Below are positions 39,692-49,879 of a DNA stretch of 64,000 bases, piece after piece. Position numbers and translations under genes: made by a program. The stretch's first letter is position 1. Every line of letters starts with the position of its first letter. The notes under the pieces are model-generated. The model was not told the origin of the DNA, did not search any database, and saw only the letters and a list, made by a program, of their open reading frames with translations. The stretch is from NCBI GenBank assembly GCA_964443065.1, contig CAYUBJ010000001.1, forward strand, positions 3,694-67,693, given 5' to 3'. Source of the DNA: an uncultured Rhodoluna sp. (GTDB lineage: Bacteria > Actinomycetota > Actinomycetes > Actinomycetales > Microbacteriaceae).

Positions 39692-40765
39692 TTAGGAAAG
39701 CCAGCTGCGCAGGGCTTTTTCGCAAGCGTAAATCTGATCAATCGCTACCGCTTCATCATCAGCATGAGCCTTATTCGGGTCACCTGGTCCAAAATTCACC
39801 GCGGGAATGCCAAGTGCGCTGAATCTAGCCACATCGGTCCAGCCATACTTCGGTGCTGGTTCGCCACCGGTGGCATCAATAAACGCCTTTGCCTCAGGCA
39901 AATCAAGGCCCGGCCTTGCCCCATCAGCGCTATCGGTAACCACAAGTTCATAGCCCTGGAACAGTTCACGCAAAGCTTCTTCCGCCTCGATGGACGATTT
40001 GCTAGGCGCAAAGCGATAGTTCACAGTTAGCACTGCTTGATCAGGAATCACATTTCCGGCAATCCCCGCTTGCATCAAAACAGCATTCAGGCTCTCGCGA
40101 TAGATCAAACCATCAACCGCAATTTCTTCAGGCTGGTAATTAGCCAAGATCGCCAGCGGGCCGGCAGCTTTATGCAGGGCGTTCTCCCCCATCCAGGGTC
40201 TAGCCGAATGGGCTTTTACTCCGCTGAATCTGATCTCTGCACGTAATGTTCCATTGCAGCCACCTTCGACCCTAGCGTTGCTGGGCTCGCATAGCACCGC
40301 AAAACTGCCTTGTAGAAGTTCCGGGTTGCTGCGTGAAATGCGTCCCAGTCCATTTAGCGCAGAATCAACTTCCTCATGGTCATAGAAAACCCAAGTGATA
40401 TCAACATTTGGCTCTGTCAGTTCAGCGGCAAGCTTGAGCTGAACCGCAGCTCCGGCCTTCATGTCAACTGTTCCTCTGCCCCAGAGCATTTTCTGGCCAT
40501 CGACCTCAATCATTTTGGTCGGCAGGTTTTCGGCAACAGGCACAGTGTCTATATGCCCAGCAATTATCACCCGATTGGCCCTACCCAGATTTGTCTTGGC
40601 CACCACCGCGTCACCGAGGCGGATCACTTCGAGGTGGCTAAAGGCGCTCAGTGCTGACTCGATAGCGTCGGCTAGCTCTGCCTCGTTTCCGGAGACAGAA
40701 AATATGTCACAGATGTCCTTGGTGATTTCCACCACATCTTTTTTTATATCTAGAATCACTGGCAC
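39692..40765 (-). CDS. dapE: Succinyl-diaminopimelate desuccinylase
   Basis: AGHIDTVP, GRGTVDMK, EE, HSARPW, GWTDV and AHADDE motifs. Confidence 0.95.
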   Translation of the reverse strand: MPVILDIKKDVVEITKDICDIFSVSGNEAELADAIESALSAFSHLEVIRLGDAVVAKTNLGRANRVIIAGHIDTVPVAENLPTKMIEVDGQKMLWGRGTVDMKAGAAVQLKLAAELTEPNVDITWVFYDHEEVDSALNGLGRISRSNPELLQGSFAVLCEPSNARVEGGCNGTLRAEIRFSGVKAHSARPWMGENALHKAAGPLAILANYQPEEIAVDGLIYRESLNAVLMQAGIAGNVIPDQAVLTVNYRFAPSKSSIEAEEALRELFQGYELVVTDSADGARPGLDLPEAKAFIDATGGEPAPKYGWTDVARFSALGIPAVNFGPGDPNKAHADDEAVAIDQIYACEKALRSWLS

Positions 40766-40794
40766 TATACGAGCCTACTTGTAACCTTGAAGAG

Positions 40795-41748
40795 ATGAAT
40801 ACTTCAACTCAGACAAAAGCTTGGGGCATGGGACTTGCTTCGATTGCCCAAGACGGAACCATCCTCGATACCTGGTATCCAAAGCCAGCGCTAGGACCTG
40901 CCCCCGGTGGAGATGCCGTCTATCTAATGGATAAAGAATTCGATGCTCTGATCGGAACCGATCAGCGTAGGCGAGTAGAGGTAAAGGCGGTTCGAACTGA
41001 GATTGACCTTGGCCAACCAGTAGCTTCTACCCCAGATGCCTACCTAAGACTTCATCTGCTTTCCCACCTACTGGTAAAGCCAAACACTATTAACCTTGAA
41101 AATCTGATGGCACACCTGCCGATAGTTGCATTCAGCTCAATCGGAGCCATTTCAGTAAAGGACTACGAAGAACTGCTGCCAACACTCATAAAATCAGGCG
41201 TCAGCGTTCACTCAATAGATAAGTTCCCAAGACTAATTGATTATGTGGTTCCAAAAGGTGTTCGCATCGCAGATGCTAATCGAGTTCGACTAGGCGCTTA
41301 CCTTTCAGCCGGGACAACGATCATGCACGAGGGTTTTGTGAATTTCAACGCCGGCACACTGGGCATTGCCATGGTTGAGGGCCGAATCGCTCAAGGAGTT
41401 GTTGTTGGCAACGGATCAGATATCGGCGGAGGAGCTTCAATAATGGGAACCCTGTCCGGAGGCGGTCGAGAGCGGGTTTCTATCGGTGAACGTGCACTGC
41501 TCGGGGCTAACGCGGGTATCGGAATATCTATCGGCGACGACTCTGTAGTTGAGGCTGGGTTGTATGTAACTGCAGGTACCAAGGTGACTATTATTGACGG
41601 GAATGCCGAGAGGACCGTTAAGGCCGTTGAACTAAGTGGTCAGGCTAATTTGTTGTTTAGACGAAACTCTGTCTCTGGAAGGGTGGAAGTACTTCACCGA
41701 ACAGGTGCGGGGATTACCCTAAACGCCCAACTACACACCGGAGTTTAG
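40795..41748 (+). CDS. dapD: Tetrahydrodipicolinate N-succinyltransferase (actinobacterial type)
   Basis: DAYLRLHLLS, DKFPR, RVRLGA, MHEGFVNFNAGTLG and hexapeptide repeats. Confidence 0.96.
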   Translation: MNTSTQTKAWGMGLASIAQDGTILDTWYPKPALGPAPGGDAVYLMDKEFDALIGTDQRRRVEVKAVRTEIDLGQPVASTPDAYLRLHLLSHLLVKPNTINLENLMAHLPIVAFSSIGAISVKDYEELLPTLIKSGVSVHSIDKFPRLIDYVVPKGVRIADANRVRLGAYLSAGTTIMHEGFVNFNAGTLGIAMVEGRIAQGVVVGNGSDIGGGASIMGTLSGGGRERVSIGERALLGANAGIGISIGDDSVVEAGLYVTAGTKVTIIDGNAERTVKAVELSGQANLLFRRNSVSGRVEVLHRTGAGITLNAQLHTGV

Positions 41749-42078
41749 TTCTTTAGCCAGTCTTTCGGCATCATTGCATCCGATTACGAGTTTTTGGAAG
41801 CGCTGATGGGCAACATCAAGAATGACAACCTGTTGCCCTTTTCGCCAACTACAGAAAATCCACTGACCTTTTTTTCTGAAATTACCCAGGGCAATCATTC
41901 TAGGAACCCCAGTTCCGCCTACTCGAAGTCCAAGAATCCCCATGTCGAGGTTCGCCGAAGTTGAGATGCTTTGAATATCCTTAAGCGGCAGCTTGATGCC
42001 TCTAGAAAGTGAACCTATTTTCTCAAACGGCCCAAATTCAATCAGCAAATGCTTTGCTTGCACGCTCACCTTAGCCAC
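41731..42078 (-). CDS. Hypothetical protein, possible PH-like fold
   Basis: GLRVGGTGVP..IALG motif; GTG 42078 overlaps the thiL stop. Confidence 0.7.
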   Translation of the reverse strand: MAKVSVQAKHLLIEFGPFEKIGSLSRGIKLPLKDIQSISTSANLDMGILGLRVGGTGVPRMIALGNFRKKGQWIFCSWRKGQQVVILDVAHQRFQKLVIGCNDAERLAKELNSGV

Positions 42079-43042
42079 GAATCGAATCCCACCCTTTATC
42101 CTCAACTGGTTGATCATCTAAGAAAACGCTAGCCGAACCTAACCCTAAAACTGTGCCAATCGGTTTGAACTCTTTTGGAATGGGGCTAGCGGAAGGGAAA
42201 GTAGCAAGCAGGCTGTGATCTTCTCCCCCAAACAAAACCCAATCCAACGCTGACACACCTAAACGCTGGGCCGCCTGATCTAACACCGCCTCGAATCCTT
42301 GGAGTTGTGCTGAATCTATTCTGATGCTCACCTCAGAAGCTCTTGCCAATCGGGTGGCATCTTTGATAAGTGAGTCAGAGATATCGAGCATCGCGGTTGC
42401 CCCAGCTTGATTTGCCAACACCCCAGCAGTCACCGGAGGTTGGGGTCTGAGTTGAACCGAAACGAGATCATCGAAAGCTGAAGTTGCAGAATCGGCCCGA
42501 AAAAGTAAGTCCAGACCTGCCGCAGCTTTACCAAGGGTTCCAGCGACTGCAACTACATCGCCAATATTTGCACCTGACCGAAGAACTGGGGTAAGTCCAT
42601 TTAGGTCACCGTGTGCCGTTACAGAAATAAAGACCTGCTCCGCGTGAGCTAGGTCGCCGCCGACTACGCTAGCTTCTGGGGCAAAAGCAGAGATTCCGGC
42701 ATTCAGCCCGTCAGCGAAATCGGTAAGCCAACTTATCTTGGTGTTTTTCGGCAGGGCGATTGAAACTACTAGCGCGACTGGCTTTGCCCCCATCGCCGCC
42801 ACATCAGCAACATTGCTGGCAACGGCCTTGAATCCTAGATCAAAACCGCTAGACCAGTCCAACCTAAAATCGTGGTTTTCCACCATGGTGTCAGTTGTCA
42901 CAACAAAGCTTTCCTGACTGAGTTTAACCACGGCAGCATCATCGCCGGGTCCGACCAGAACATTCTTAGCAGAGCTGAGCCTTCCGATAGTTAGTCGTAA
43001 CGACTCACTCTCACCTAGTTCCGCCAAAGTTTTATCAAGCAC
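42071..43042 (-). CDS. thiL: Thiamine-monophosphate kinase
   Basis: GPGDDAA, TTD, NVADVAAMGA, GGD, DISD and GGEDH motifs. Confidence 0.96.
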   Translation of the reverse strand: MLDKTLAELGESESLRLTIGRLSSAKNVLVGPGDDAAVVKLSQESFVVTTDTMVENHDFRLDWSSGFDLGFKAVASNVADVAAMGAKPVALVVSIALPKNTKISWLTDFADGLNAGISAFAPEASVVGGDLAHAEQVFISVTAHGDLNGLTPVLRSGANIGDVVAVAGTLGKAAAGLDLLFRADSATSAFDDLVSVQLRPQPPVTAGVLANQAGATAMLDISDSLIKDATRLARASEVSIRIDSAQLQGFEAVLDQAAQRLGVSALDWVLFGGEDHSLLATFPSASPIPKEFKPIGTVLGLGSASVFLDDQPVEDKGWDSIRG

Positions 43043-43066
43043 ACTTTAAAAGGTAGCCTGTTTCTG

Positions 43067-43507
43067 ATGAAGTTTTTTCGAGTTTTCCCTCTTTTACTGG
43101 CGCTCTTACTTGGTGGCTGTTCCGCAACTGTAATTTTGGATAGCGCTCCAGAAGCCAATGACCCGGGCTGCGCTGAGGTAATAGTTCGACTCCCAGATGC
43201 AACCGATGGCTTTAGCAAACGAACCACCAGCGCTCAATCCACAGCTGCCTGGGGTGACCCAGTAGCGATTACTCTAACCTGCGGGGTAAGCCCGATCGAG
43301 GTAAGCAACCTGCCCTGCATTAGCGCAGGTGGAGTCGACTGGGTAGTTGATGAAAGTCAAAAACCGACCTACCGGTTCATCAGTTTTGGAAGGACGCCAG
43401 CCACCCTGGTTACCGTTGACTCAGAAAAAGCCTCAGGCGCTACCGTGCTTGAAGATTTAGGTCAGGCAGTCCAATTTACTAAACAGACCAGTAAGTGCCT
43501 GGGTTAA
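43067..43507 (+). CDS. DUF3515 lipoprotein
   Basis: Lipobox LGGC, AAWGDP..LTCG, GVDW and GRTP motifs; lies between thiL and ddl. Confidence 0.88.
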   Translation: MKFFRVFPLLLALLLGGCSATVILDSAPEANDPGCAEVIVRLPDATDGFSKRTTSAQSTAAWGDPVAITLTCGVSPIEVSNLPCISAGGVDWVVDESQKPTYRFISFGRTPATLVTVDSEKASGATVLEDLGQAVQFTKQTSKCLG

Positions 43508-44589
43508 TTTCGGTGAAAAGCTAATTGAATTAGCTGGTCGATAAGATCCGAGTAACTTAGCCCAGATGCCTGCCAGCACTTTGGATACATCGAGATTGGC
43601 GTGAAACCTGGCATAAGGTTCAGCTCGTTCACAAAAAAACCTTCTTTAGTTAGGAAGAAATCTGCTCTAGCCAAACCAAAACAGCCTAGCGCTTTGAAAG
43701 CCTTGGCTGCTAAAGACTGCATAGTAGCAAGTTCATCAGCAGATAGGTCCGCTGGGCAGATAAGCTCAGCGGCATCAGCATCACGATACTTAGCTGCAAA
43801 ATCATAAAACTCTCCAGAACGAATTACAATTTCCCCGGCCACCGAAACTTTCGGTTTAGTCGTTCCGATTTGCGAAAGCACAGCGCACTCAACTTCGCGT
43901 CCGACTAAGCCTTTTTCTACAGTTACTTTGCTGTCTTCATTGAATGCAATGACCAATGCGTTAGCAAAATCATTCATGTCTTTAACTTTGCTAACGCCAA
44001 CTGAAGAACCAGATCTCGCCGGTTTAACAAATAGCGGCAAAGAACCTAATGCCTTTACTTTTTCTAGAATACTCTCTGGGTCATTTAGCCAGTCATCGCG
44101 GTGGATAACAACGTGTGGAGTGACCGGCAACCCAGCCGCTTGGAAGAGAGCTTTGGAAAATTCCTTATCCATTCCAGCAGCGCTGGCAAAAACACCATTG
44201 CCAACATAAGGTAACCCGATAAGTTCCAGAAACCCTTGGATGGTTCCATCTTCGCCGTTTGGGCCATGCAAGACCGGAAAAACTACATCGACTTCACCGA
44301 GTGATCTTCGGACATTATCCTCTTCGACAAACAGTTCCTTAGCTCCAGCTTGTGGCCAGATTAATCTCTTCCCCTCAAAAACAACTTCGGGTAATTCACC
44401 ATCAGTCAGAGCCCACTTAGCAACATCATCAACCGCTGGGACATATTCGCCACGACGGGTAATTCCAACCGGAATCACATCATATTTTTCACGATTGATA
44501 GCCGATAGAACACCACTGGCGGTGGCACAGGAGATGCTGTGCTCATTAGAGACACCGCCAAAAAGTATGACAACCCTGGTTTTCGCCAC
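43504..44589 (-). CDS. ddl: D-alanine--D-alanine ligase
   Basis: GGVSNEH, LHGPNGEDG, GSSVG, YDFAAKY and NELN.MPG motifs. Confidence 0.97.
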   Translation of the reverse strand: MAKTRVVILFGGVSNEHSISCATASGVLSAINREKYDVIPVGITRRGEYVPAVDDVAKWALTDGELPEVVFEGKRLIWPQAGAKELFVEEDNVRRSLGEVDVVFPVLHGPNGEDGTIQGFLELIGLPYVGNGVFASAAGMDKEFSKALFQAAGLPVTPHVVIHRDDWLNDPESILEKVKALGSLPLFVKPARSGSSVGVSKVKDMNDFANALVIAFNEDSKVTVEKGLVGREVECAVLSQIGTTKPKVSVAGEIVIRSGEFYDFAAKYRDADAAELICPADLSADELATMQSLAAKAFKALGCFGLARADFFLTKEGFFVNELNLMPGFTPISMYPKCWQASGLSYSDLIDQLIQLAFHRN

Positions 44590-45590
44590 TATTCAGCCTC
44601 TGGACTATCTTTTTCGCGGGTTAGCGAAGGAGCAATATCCTTCGGACTCATCTTGCCTTCGATTACTAGATGCACCTGCTCAACAATTGGCATGGCCACA
44701 CCCTTGGCTGCAGCAAGACGTAGCACTGGTGCAACCGAGGTAAGACCTTCAGCCGTTTGAGATAAACGCTTTAGAACTTCACGCTTGGAATATCCCTTAC
44801 CCAGCATTTCTCCCGCCTTGTGATTACGCGAAAGCGGAGACTCAGACGTTGCAATAAGGTCTCCCAAACCTGCCAGACCAACCATGGTCTTTTTCTTAGC
44901 CCCGAAGGCAACTGCGAATCTAGATATTTCAGCTAGTCCTCTAGTCATGATTGAGGCTTTGGTGTTCTGGCCGTAACCGACACCGTTGACGATACCGATT
45001 GCAACAGCAATAAGGTTTTTCAGGATTCCACCAAACTCGGTACCGATGACATCTTTATTGGTAAAAGTCGTGAAGTAGGAATTAGTTGCGGCAGTGGCAA
45101 CCAGCTTGGCGTTTTCTTTTGAGGTACAGGCTGCCACGCAGGCTGCTGGCTGTTCACTTGCAATCTCGAGAGACAAGTTTGGTCCAGAGACAACACAGAC
45201 TAAATCAGGTTCAATCTTCAAAACATCGATGATTACCTCACTCATCCGAAGACCAGACCCTTGCTCGACACCCTTCATCAAAGAAACGATGATTGCTCCC
45301 GGTTCAATCAGCTTGCCCCACTCTTCTAGATTGGATCTAAGCGATTGGGACGGCACGGCGATATAGACCTGCTCTGCTCCGCGGAGCACCTCAGCGATAT
45401 CGCTGGTTGCCACTAAACCGTGCGGCAGGTTGATTCCAGGAATGTAATCTCCGTTACGGTGAGTGAGATTTATCTCCTCGGCAAGTTCTGGTCTTCTCGA
45501 CCAGAGCATAACTTCATTCCCAGCGTCAACTAGAACCTTCGCAAAGGTGGTTCCCCAGGAACCAGCACCGATTACTGCAATCTTCGCCAT
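44589..45590 (-). CDS. gpsA: NAD(P)H-dependent glycerol-3-phosphate dehydrogenase
   Basis: GAGSWG, KGVE, SGPN, LKN, GLGDL and SRN motifs. Confidence 0.96.
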   Translation of the reverse strand: MAKIAVIGAGSWGTTFAKVLVDAGNEVMLWSRRPELAEEINLTHRNGDYIPGINLPHGLVATSDIAEVLRGAEQVYIAVPSQSLRSNLEEWGKLIEPGAIIVSLMKGVEQGSGLRMSEVIIDVLKIEPDLVCVVSGPNLSLEIASEQPAACVAACTSKENAKLVATAATNSYFTTFTNKDVIGTEFGGILKNLIAVAIGIVNGVGYGQNTKASIMTRGLAEISRFAVAFGAKKKTMVGLAGLGDLIATSESPLSRNHKAGEMLGKGYSKREVLKRLSQTAEGLTSVAPVLRLAAAKGVAMPIVEQVHLVIEGKMSPKDIAPSLTREKDSPEAE

Positions 45591-45594
45591 TTAC

Positions 45595-46482
45595 CTAGCC
45601 CTTACCTTTAAACCTAATCTTGCCAAAGCTAACCTTGGCGTCAGCAGGTAGCGGGGGAAGCCCCTTTTCTGCTCTTCGATCATTTTCTGCCTTAAGGATC
45701 AAAAACTTCTTGAAGTTTCCGTGATCTGGTAAACCATGTTCACTTGGCACGAATCTTTTTGCTGGCGCTTTCTCACCCCGAAGTTGCTCAACTAACTTGG
45801 TGATCTCTTCCATGACAACATCAGTCAACTGGACCATGTCTTCAGTCGAATTCTTTTTACCGACATACTTAGTCATCTCGATTGGCTTACCGATAACCAT
45901 GCGGACCTTGTGCCAGGGCTTTGGCTTTAGCTTTGACGAATAGGTTTCCATCACGGCTTCAGTGCCCCACTGCCCGACCGGAACAATTGGAACACCGGTT
46001 TCGATTGCTAGACGGATCACACCCGTTCTTCCGCGCATCGGCCAAAGACCAGGATCACGAGTTAGTGTCCCTTCAGGGAAAATACCAATAATGTGTCCAG
46101 CACGAAGAACCTTGTATGCCGACTCCATCGGGTCGGTGTTTTTACGTCCACCGCGAAAAACCGGAATCTGGCCAACTCTCAGTAAAACTGGTCCAACAAT
46201 TGGAGTTTTGAACAGACCCTCTTTAGCCAAAAAGTGTGGCGCACGATGGAGCCTGAAATACATCATGTAGGCAACGGCAAGTGCATCAACAGTGGTGACG
46301 TGGTTGGCTGCAAGAACATAGCCTCCGGACTTAGGTAGATTCTCGGTACCGGTTACTTCGACCTTATACAGCAAACGCACTAGCGGTCTCAGAAAGAAGG
46401 CCAGAACTCGCATCTGCCAGGTAATCTCAATACCTGGCTTTAGCTCAGGCATCTGAATTGACTGCGAGGATCTTTTTGCCAT
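45595..46482 (-). CDS. plsC: 1-acyl-sn-glycerol-3-phosphate acyltransferase
   Basis: NH-x4-D and FPEGT motifs. Confidence 0.9.
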   Translation of the reverse strand: MAKRSSQSIQMPELKPGIEITWQMRVLAFFLRPLVRLLYKVEVTGTENLPKSGGYVLAANHVTTVDALAVAYMMYFRLHRAPHFLAKEGLFKTPIVGPVLLRVGQIPVFRGGRKNTDPMESAYKVLRAGHIIGIFPEGTLTRDPGLWPMRGRTGVIRLAIETGVPIVPVGQWGTEAVMETYSSKLKPKPWHKVRMVIGKPIEMTKYVGKKNSTEDMVQLTDVVMEEITKLVEQLRGEKAPAKRFVPSEHGLPDHGNFKKFLILKAENDRRAEKGLPPLPADAKVSFGKIRFKGKG

Positions 46483-46486
46483 CGGA

Positions 46487-47800
46487 CTATTCCGTATAAC
46501 TAAAGTCAGCGCCTAGGGCGGTTAGCTTATCGAGGAAATGCTCGTATCCTCTTGAAATCAACTGCACATTACTAACATTAGAAACACCCTCGGCTGCTAG
46601 TGCTGCAACCATGTGGCTGAATCCTCCGCGAAGGTCTGGAACTATGATGTCTGCGCCTTTTAGTTTTGTTGGACCTGAAATAACAGCTGAGTGATAAAAA
46701 TTTCTTTGCCCGAAGCGACAGGGGTTACCGCCTAAACATTCACGATAAATCTGAATTTGGGCTCCCATTTTCACAAGCGCCTCAGTAAAACCGAATCGGT
46801 TTTCATAGACAGTCTCGTGCACAATCGATAAACCGGTTGCCTGAGTAAGTGCGACAACCAAAGGCTGTTGCCAGTCGGTCATAAAGCCTGGGTGCACGTC
46901 AGTCTCAATTACCACAGGTTGCAGCTGCCCACCCGGATGACTGAACTTGATTCCGTCATCCTCAATCTCGAACGCTCCACCGATTTTTCTAAACACGTTT
47001 AGAAAAGCGGTCATTTCCTGCTGCCTTGCTCCGCCAACCATAATCTCTCCACCGGTAGCAAGAGCAGCAGCTGCCCAGGATGCGGCTTCGTTTCGATCAA
47101 ATAGTGCTCGGTGTGAATAACCGGTTAGGGCACTCACACCTTCGATGCGGATTACTCGATCGGTGTCTACCGAAATGATGGCACCCATCTTTTGCAAGAT
47201 TGCGATGAGATCCATGATTTCTGGCTCAACCGCTGCTCCCGAAAGCTCAGTGAGACCCTGCGCTTTAGTAGCGGTTAGCAAAACCTGTTCTGTTGCGCCT
47301 ACGCTCGGATAGGGCAGAGAAATCTTGGCACCGTGTAAACCATCTGGTGCTGTCATTCTGGTTCCGTTAGGAAGCTTCTCAATTACTGCACCAAAGTTTC
47401 GTAGCACTTCGAAGTGATAGTCAACTGGCCGATCACCGATGTGGCAACCACCCAGATCTGGGATGAAGGCCTCGCCCAGTTGATGTAAAAGTGGACCGCA
47501 GAAAAGAATAGGAATTCGCGACGAACCGGCGTGGGCATCGATATCAACCATGCGAGCTGATTTCACATTGGTTGGGTCAAGCTTCATTACCCCAGACTCG
47601 TCAAAATCGATTTTCACACCATGAAGTTCAAGTAATCGTTGAACCACTTCAACGTCACTGATTTTTGGAACGTCTTTTAGGACGCTAGGCGTTTCAGCAA
47701 GCAAGGCTGCGACCATCGCCTTAGTCACTAGGTTTTTCGCACCTCGAACATCGACTCTGCCGGAAAGCGGTTTACCGCCGTTTACAGTTATCTGACTCAT
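46487..47800 (-). CDS. murA: UDP-N-acetylglucosamine 1-carboxyvinyltransferase
   Basis: GAKN, GGCHIGDRP (Cys type), SVGAT, PGFMTD and DLRGG motifs. Confidence 0.97.
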   Translation of the reverse strand: MSQITVNGGKPLSGRVDVRGAKNLVTKAMVAALLAETPSVLKDVPKISDVEVVQRLLELHGVKIDFDESGVMKLDPTNVKSARMVDIDAHAGSSRIPILFCGPLLHQLGEAFIPDLGGCHIGDRPVDYHFEVLRNFGAVIEKLPNGTRMTAPDGLHGAKISLPYPSVGATEQVLLTATKAQGLTELSGAAVEPEIMDLIAILQKMGAIISVDTDRVIRIEGVSALTGYSHRALFDRNEAASWAAAALATGGEIMVGGARQQEMTAFLNVFRKIGGAFEIEDDGIKFSHPGGQLQPVVIETDVHPGFMTDWQQPLVVALTQATGLSIVHETVYENRFGFTEALVKMGAQIQIYRECLGGNPCRFGQRNFYHSAVISGPTKLKGADIIVPDLRGGFSHMVAALAAEGVSNVSNVQLISRGYEHFLDKLTALGADFSYTE

Positions 47801-48400
47801 CTAGTTCCTCGCTGGTAGCGTCTTGGGGGTCCAAGCCGGTCTCGATTTTTCAAACTCATCTATTGCCGACTCATTCTTCAGAGTAAGGGCAATGTCATCT
47901 AGACCTTCCATCAAACGCCACCTCGTGTATTCGTCTATCTCAAAACTAACTGAGATATCGCCAACAGTGGCTAGCCGCTTGGTCAGGTCAACAGTTATTT
48001 GAATCCCCGGTTTGGCTTCAATTACCTGCCAAAGCCTCTCGGTATCTGCTTCGCTGATTTGCCCCGTTACTAGGCCTTGTTTACCTGAGTTACCACGGAA
48101 AATATCGGCAAATTTTGGGGAAAGCACCACTTTGAAGCCATAGTCGCGAAGTGCCCAAACTGCGTGCTCTCTAGAGGAACCTGTGCCAAAATCCGGCCCC
48201 GCAACTAGGACCTGACCGTTTTTGTATGGCTCTTGGTTTAGGACAAATTCAGGGTCATTGCGCCACGAGGCAAATAGTGCATCTTCAAAGCCCGACTTTG
48301 TAATTCGTTTCAAATAGACAGCAGGAATAATCTGATCGGTATCGACATTAGATCTGCGCAGCGGAACAGCAACACCTGTGAAAGTAGTGAACTTATCCAT
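47801..48400 (-). CDS. leuD: 3-isopropylmalate dehydratase small subunit
   Basis: [19 protein letters not shown] and GLDDI motifs. Confidence 0.97.
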   Translation of the reverse strand: MDKFTTFTGVAVPLRRSNVDTDQIIPAVYLKRITKSGFEDALFASWRNDPEFVLNQEPYKNGQVLVAGPDFGTGSSREHAVWALRDYGFKVVLSPKFADIFRGNSGKQGLVTGQISEADTERLWQVIEAKPGIQITVDLTKRLATVGDISVSFEIDEYTRWRLMEGLDDIALTLKNESAIDEFEKSRPAWTPKTLPARN

Positions 48401-49821
48401 CAGTTCTCCCCCAAATCACTCGGTGCCGATAATGTGCCCCTTACTGCAGTGGCAGCAGCTACTAAAGGTGAAACTAGGTGGGTGCGAGCCCCTTTACCCT
48501 GTCTACCTTCAAAGTTCCTATTTGAAGTGGAGGCAGCTCGCTCACCAGGGGCTAGCTGGTCTGGGTTCATTCCAAGACACATTGAACATCCAGCAAAACG
48601 CCATTCAGCACCAAAGTCTTTGAATATCTGATCTAGGCCTTCTTGTTCGGCTTGCAATCTGACTCGAGCACTGCCGGGCACAACCATCATTCTGATGTTG
48701 TCAGCTTTCTTACGTCCTTTGATGATTGCGGCAGCAGCGCGAAGATCTTCAATTCTGGAGTTGGTGCAGGAGCCAAGAAATACCGTGTCAACACGGATAT
48801 CTTTCATCTTGGTGCCGGGTGTAAGGGCCATGTATTCCAATGCTCGTTCAGCTGCAGCTTTTTCATTTGGGTCAGTGAAACTTTCTGGGCTAGGAACACT
48901 ATCGTTTAGCGAGACTCCTTGGCCTGGATTAGTCCCCCAAGTAACAAATGGCTCAAGGGTATTTGCATCCAGGAATACTTCGGCATCAAATTTGGCAGCC
49001 TCGTCGGTAACCAGACTCTTCCAATATTCGACAGCTTCATCCCAGTCGACCCCAAGCGGTGCATGTGGTCTTCCTTTGAGATAAGCAAAAGTTGTTTCAT
49101 CTGGCGCAACCAGACCGGCTCTGGCACCAGCTTCGATTGACATGTTGCAAATGGTCATGCGGGCTTCCATCGACAAAGACCTGATCGCACTTCCCCGATA
49201 CTCCAAGACGTATCCCTGACCACCACCGGTACCAATTTTCGCAATCACTGCCAAAATGATGTCCTTAGCGGTAACGCCCTCACGAAGCTTTCCTTCAACA
49301 TTGATGGCCATGGTCTTAAAGGGGTTCAACGGTAAAGTCTGGGTCGCCAAAACATGCTCAACCTCACTGGTTCCGATTCCCATAGCCAGGGCACCAAAAG
49401 CACCGTGAGTCGAAGTGTGTGAATCACCGCAGACAACTGTTATGCCAGGCATAGTCAGACCTAGCTGCGGGCCAACCACGTGGACAATTCCTTGATCTAT
49501 ATCTCCCAGTGAGTGAATGCGTATGCCGAACTCTCTGGCATTGTGTCGCAGTGCTTCTATCTGAGTTCGGCTAGTTGGATCGGCAATTGGCTTGTCGATG
49601 TCGATAGTCGGCGTGTTGTGATCCTCGGTTGCGATGGTTAGATCTGGTCGGCGAACCTTTCGTCCGGCTAGACGCAACCCATCAAATGCCTGCGGGCTGG
49701 TCACCTCGTGCACCAGGTGAAGATCGATATAGAGCAAATCGGGTGCGCCGGACTCACCCTTGACCACTAGGTGGTCTCGCCAAATCTTTTCGGCTAGGGT
49801 TAGGGGTTTTTCGGCCATCAT
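48400..49821 (-). CDS. leuC: 3-isopropylmalate dehydratase large subunit
   Basis: [28 protein letters not shown] and [11 protein letters not shown] motifs; start at ATG 49821/49818. Confidence 0.97.
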   Translation of the reverse strand: MMAEKPLTLAEKIWRDHLVVKGESGAPDLLYIDLHLVHEVTSPQAFDGLRLAGRKVRRPDLTIATEDHNTPTIDIDKPIADPTSRTQIEALRHNAREFGIRIHSLGDIDQGIVHVVGPQLGLTMPGITVVCGDSHTSTHGAFGALAMGIGTSEVEHVLATQTLPLNPFKTMAINVEGKLREGVTAKDIILAVIAKIGTGGGQGYVLEYRGSAIRSLSMEARMTICNMSIEAGARAGLVAPDETTFAYLKGRPHAPLGVDWDEAVEYWKSLVTDEAAKFDAEVFLDANTLEPFVTWGTNPGQGVSLNDSVPSPESFTDPNEKAAAERALEYMALTPGTKMKDIRVDTVFLGSCTNSRIEDLRAAAAIIKGRKKADNIRMMVVPGSARVRLQAEQEGLDQIFKDFGAEWRFAGCSMCLGMNPDQLAPGERAASTSNRNFEGRQGKGARTHLVSPLVAAATAVRGTLSAPSDLGEN

Positions 49822-49879
49822 TGGACACCTAAATAAGAGGTTGAACCTCAAGTTTACCAGCGTGGCGTAGATTGGCAGG

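Noticed and set aside
43504-47800. Possible intrinsic resistance alleles in ddl or murA
   Set aside because: Ddl has the Tyr (KY) D-Ala-D-Ala type loop and MurA retains the active-site Cys; both are ordinary.
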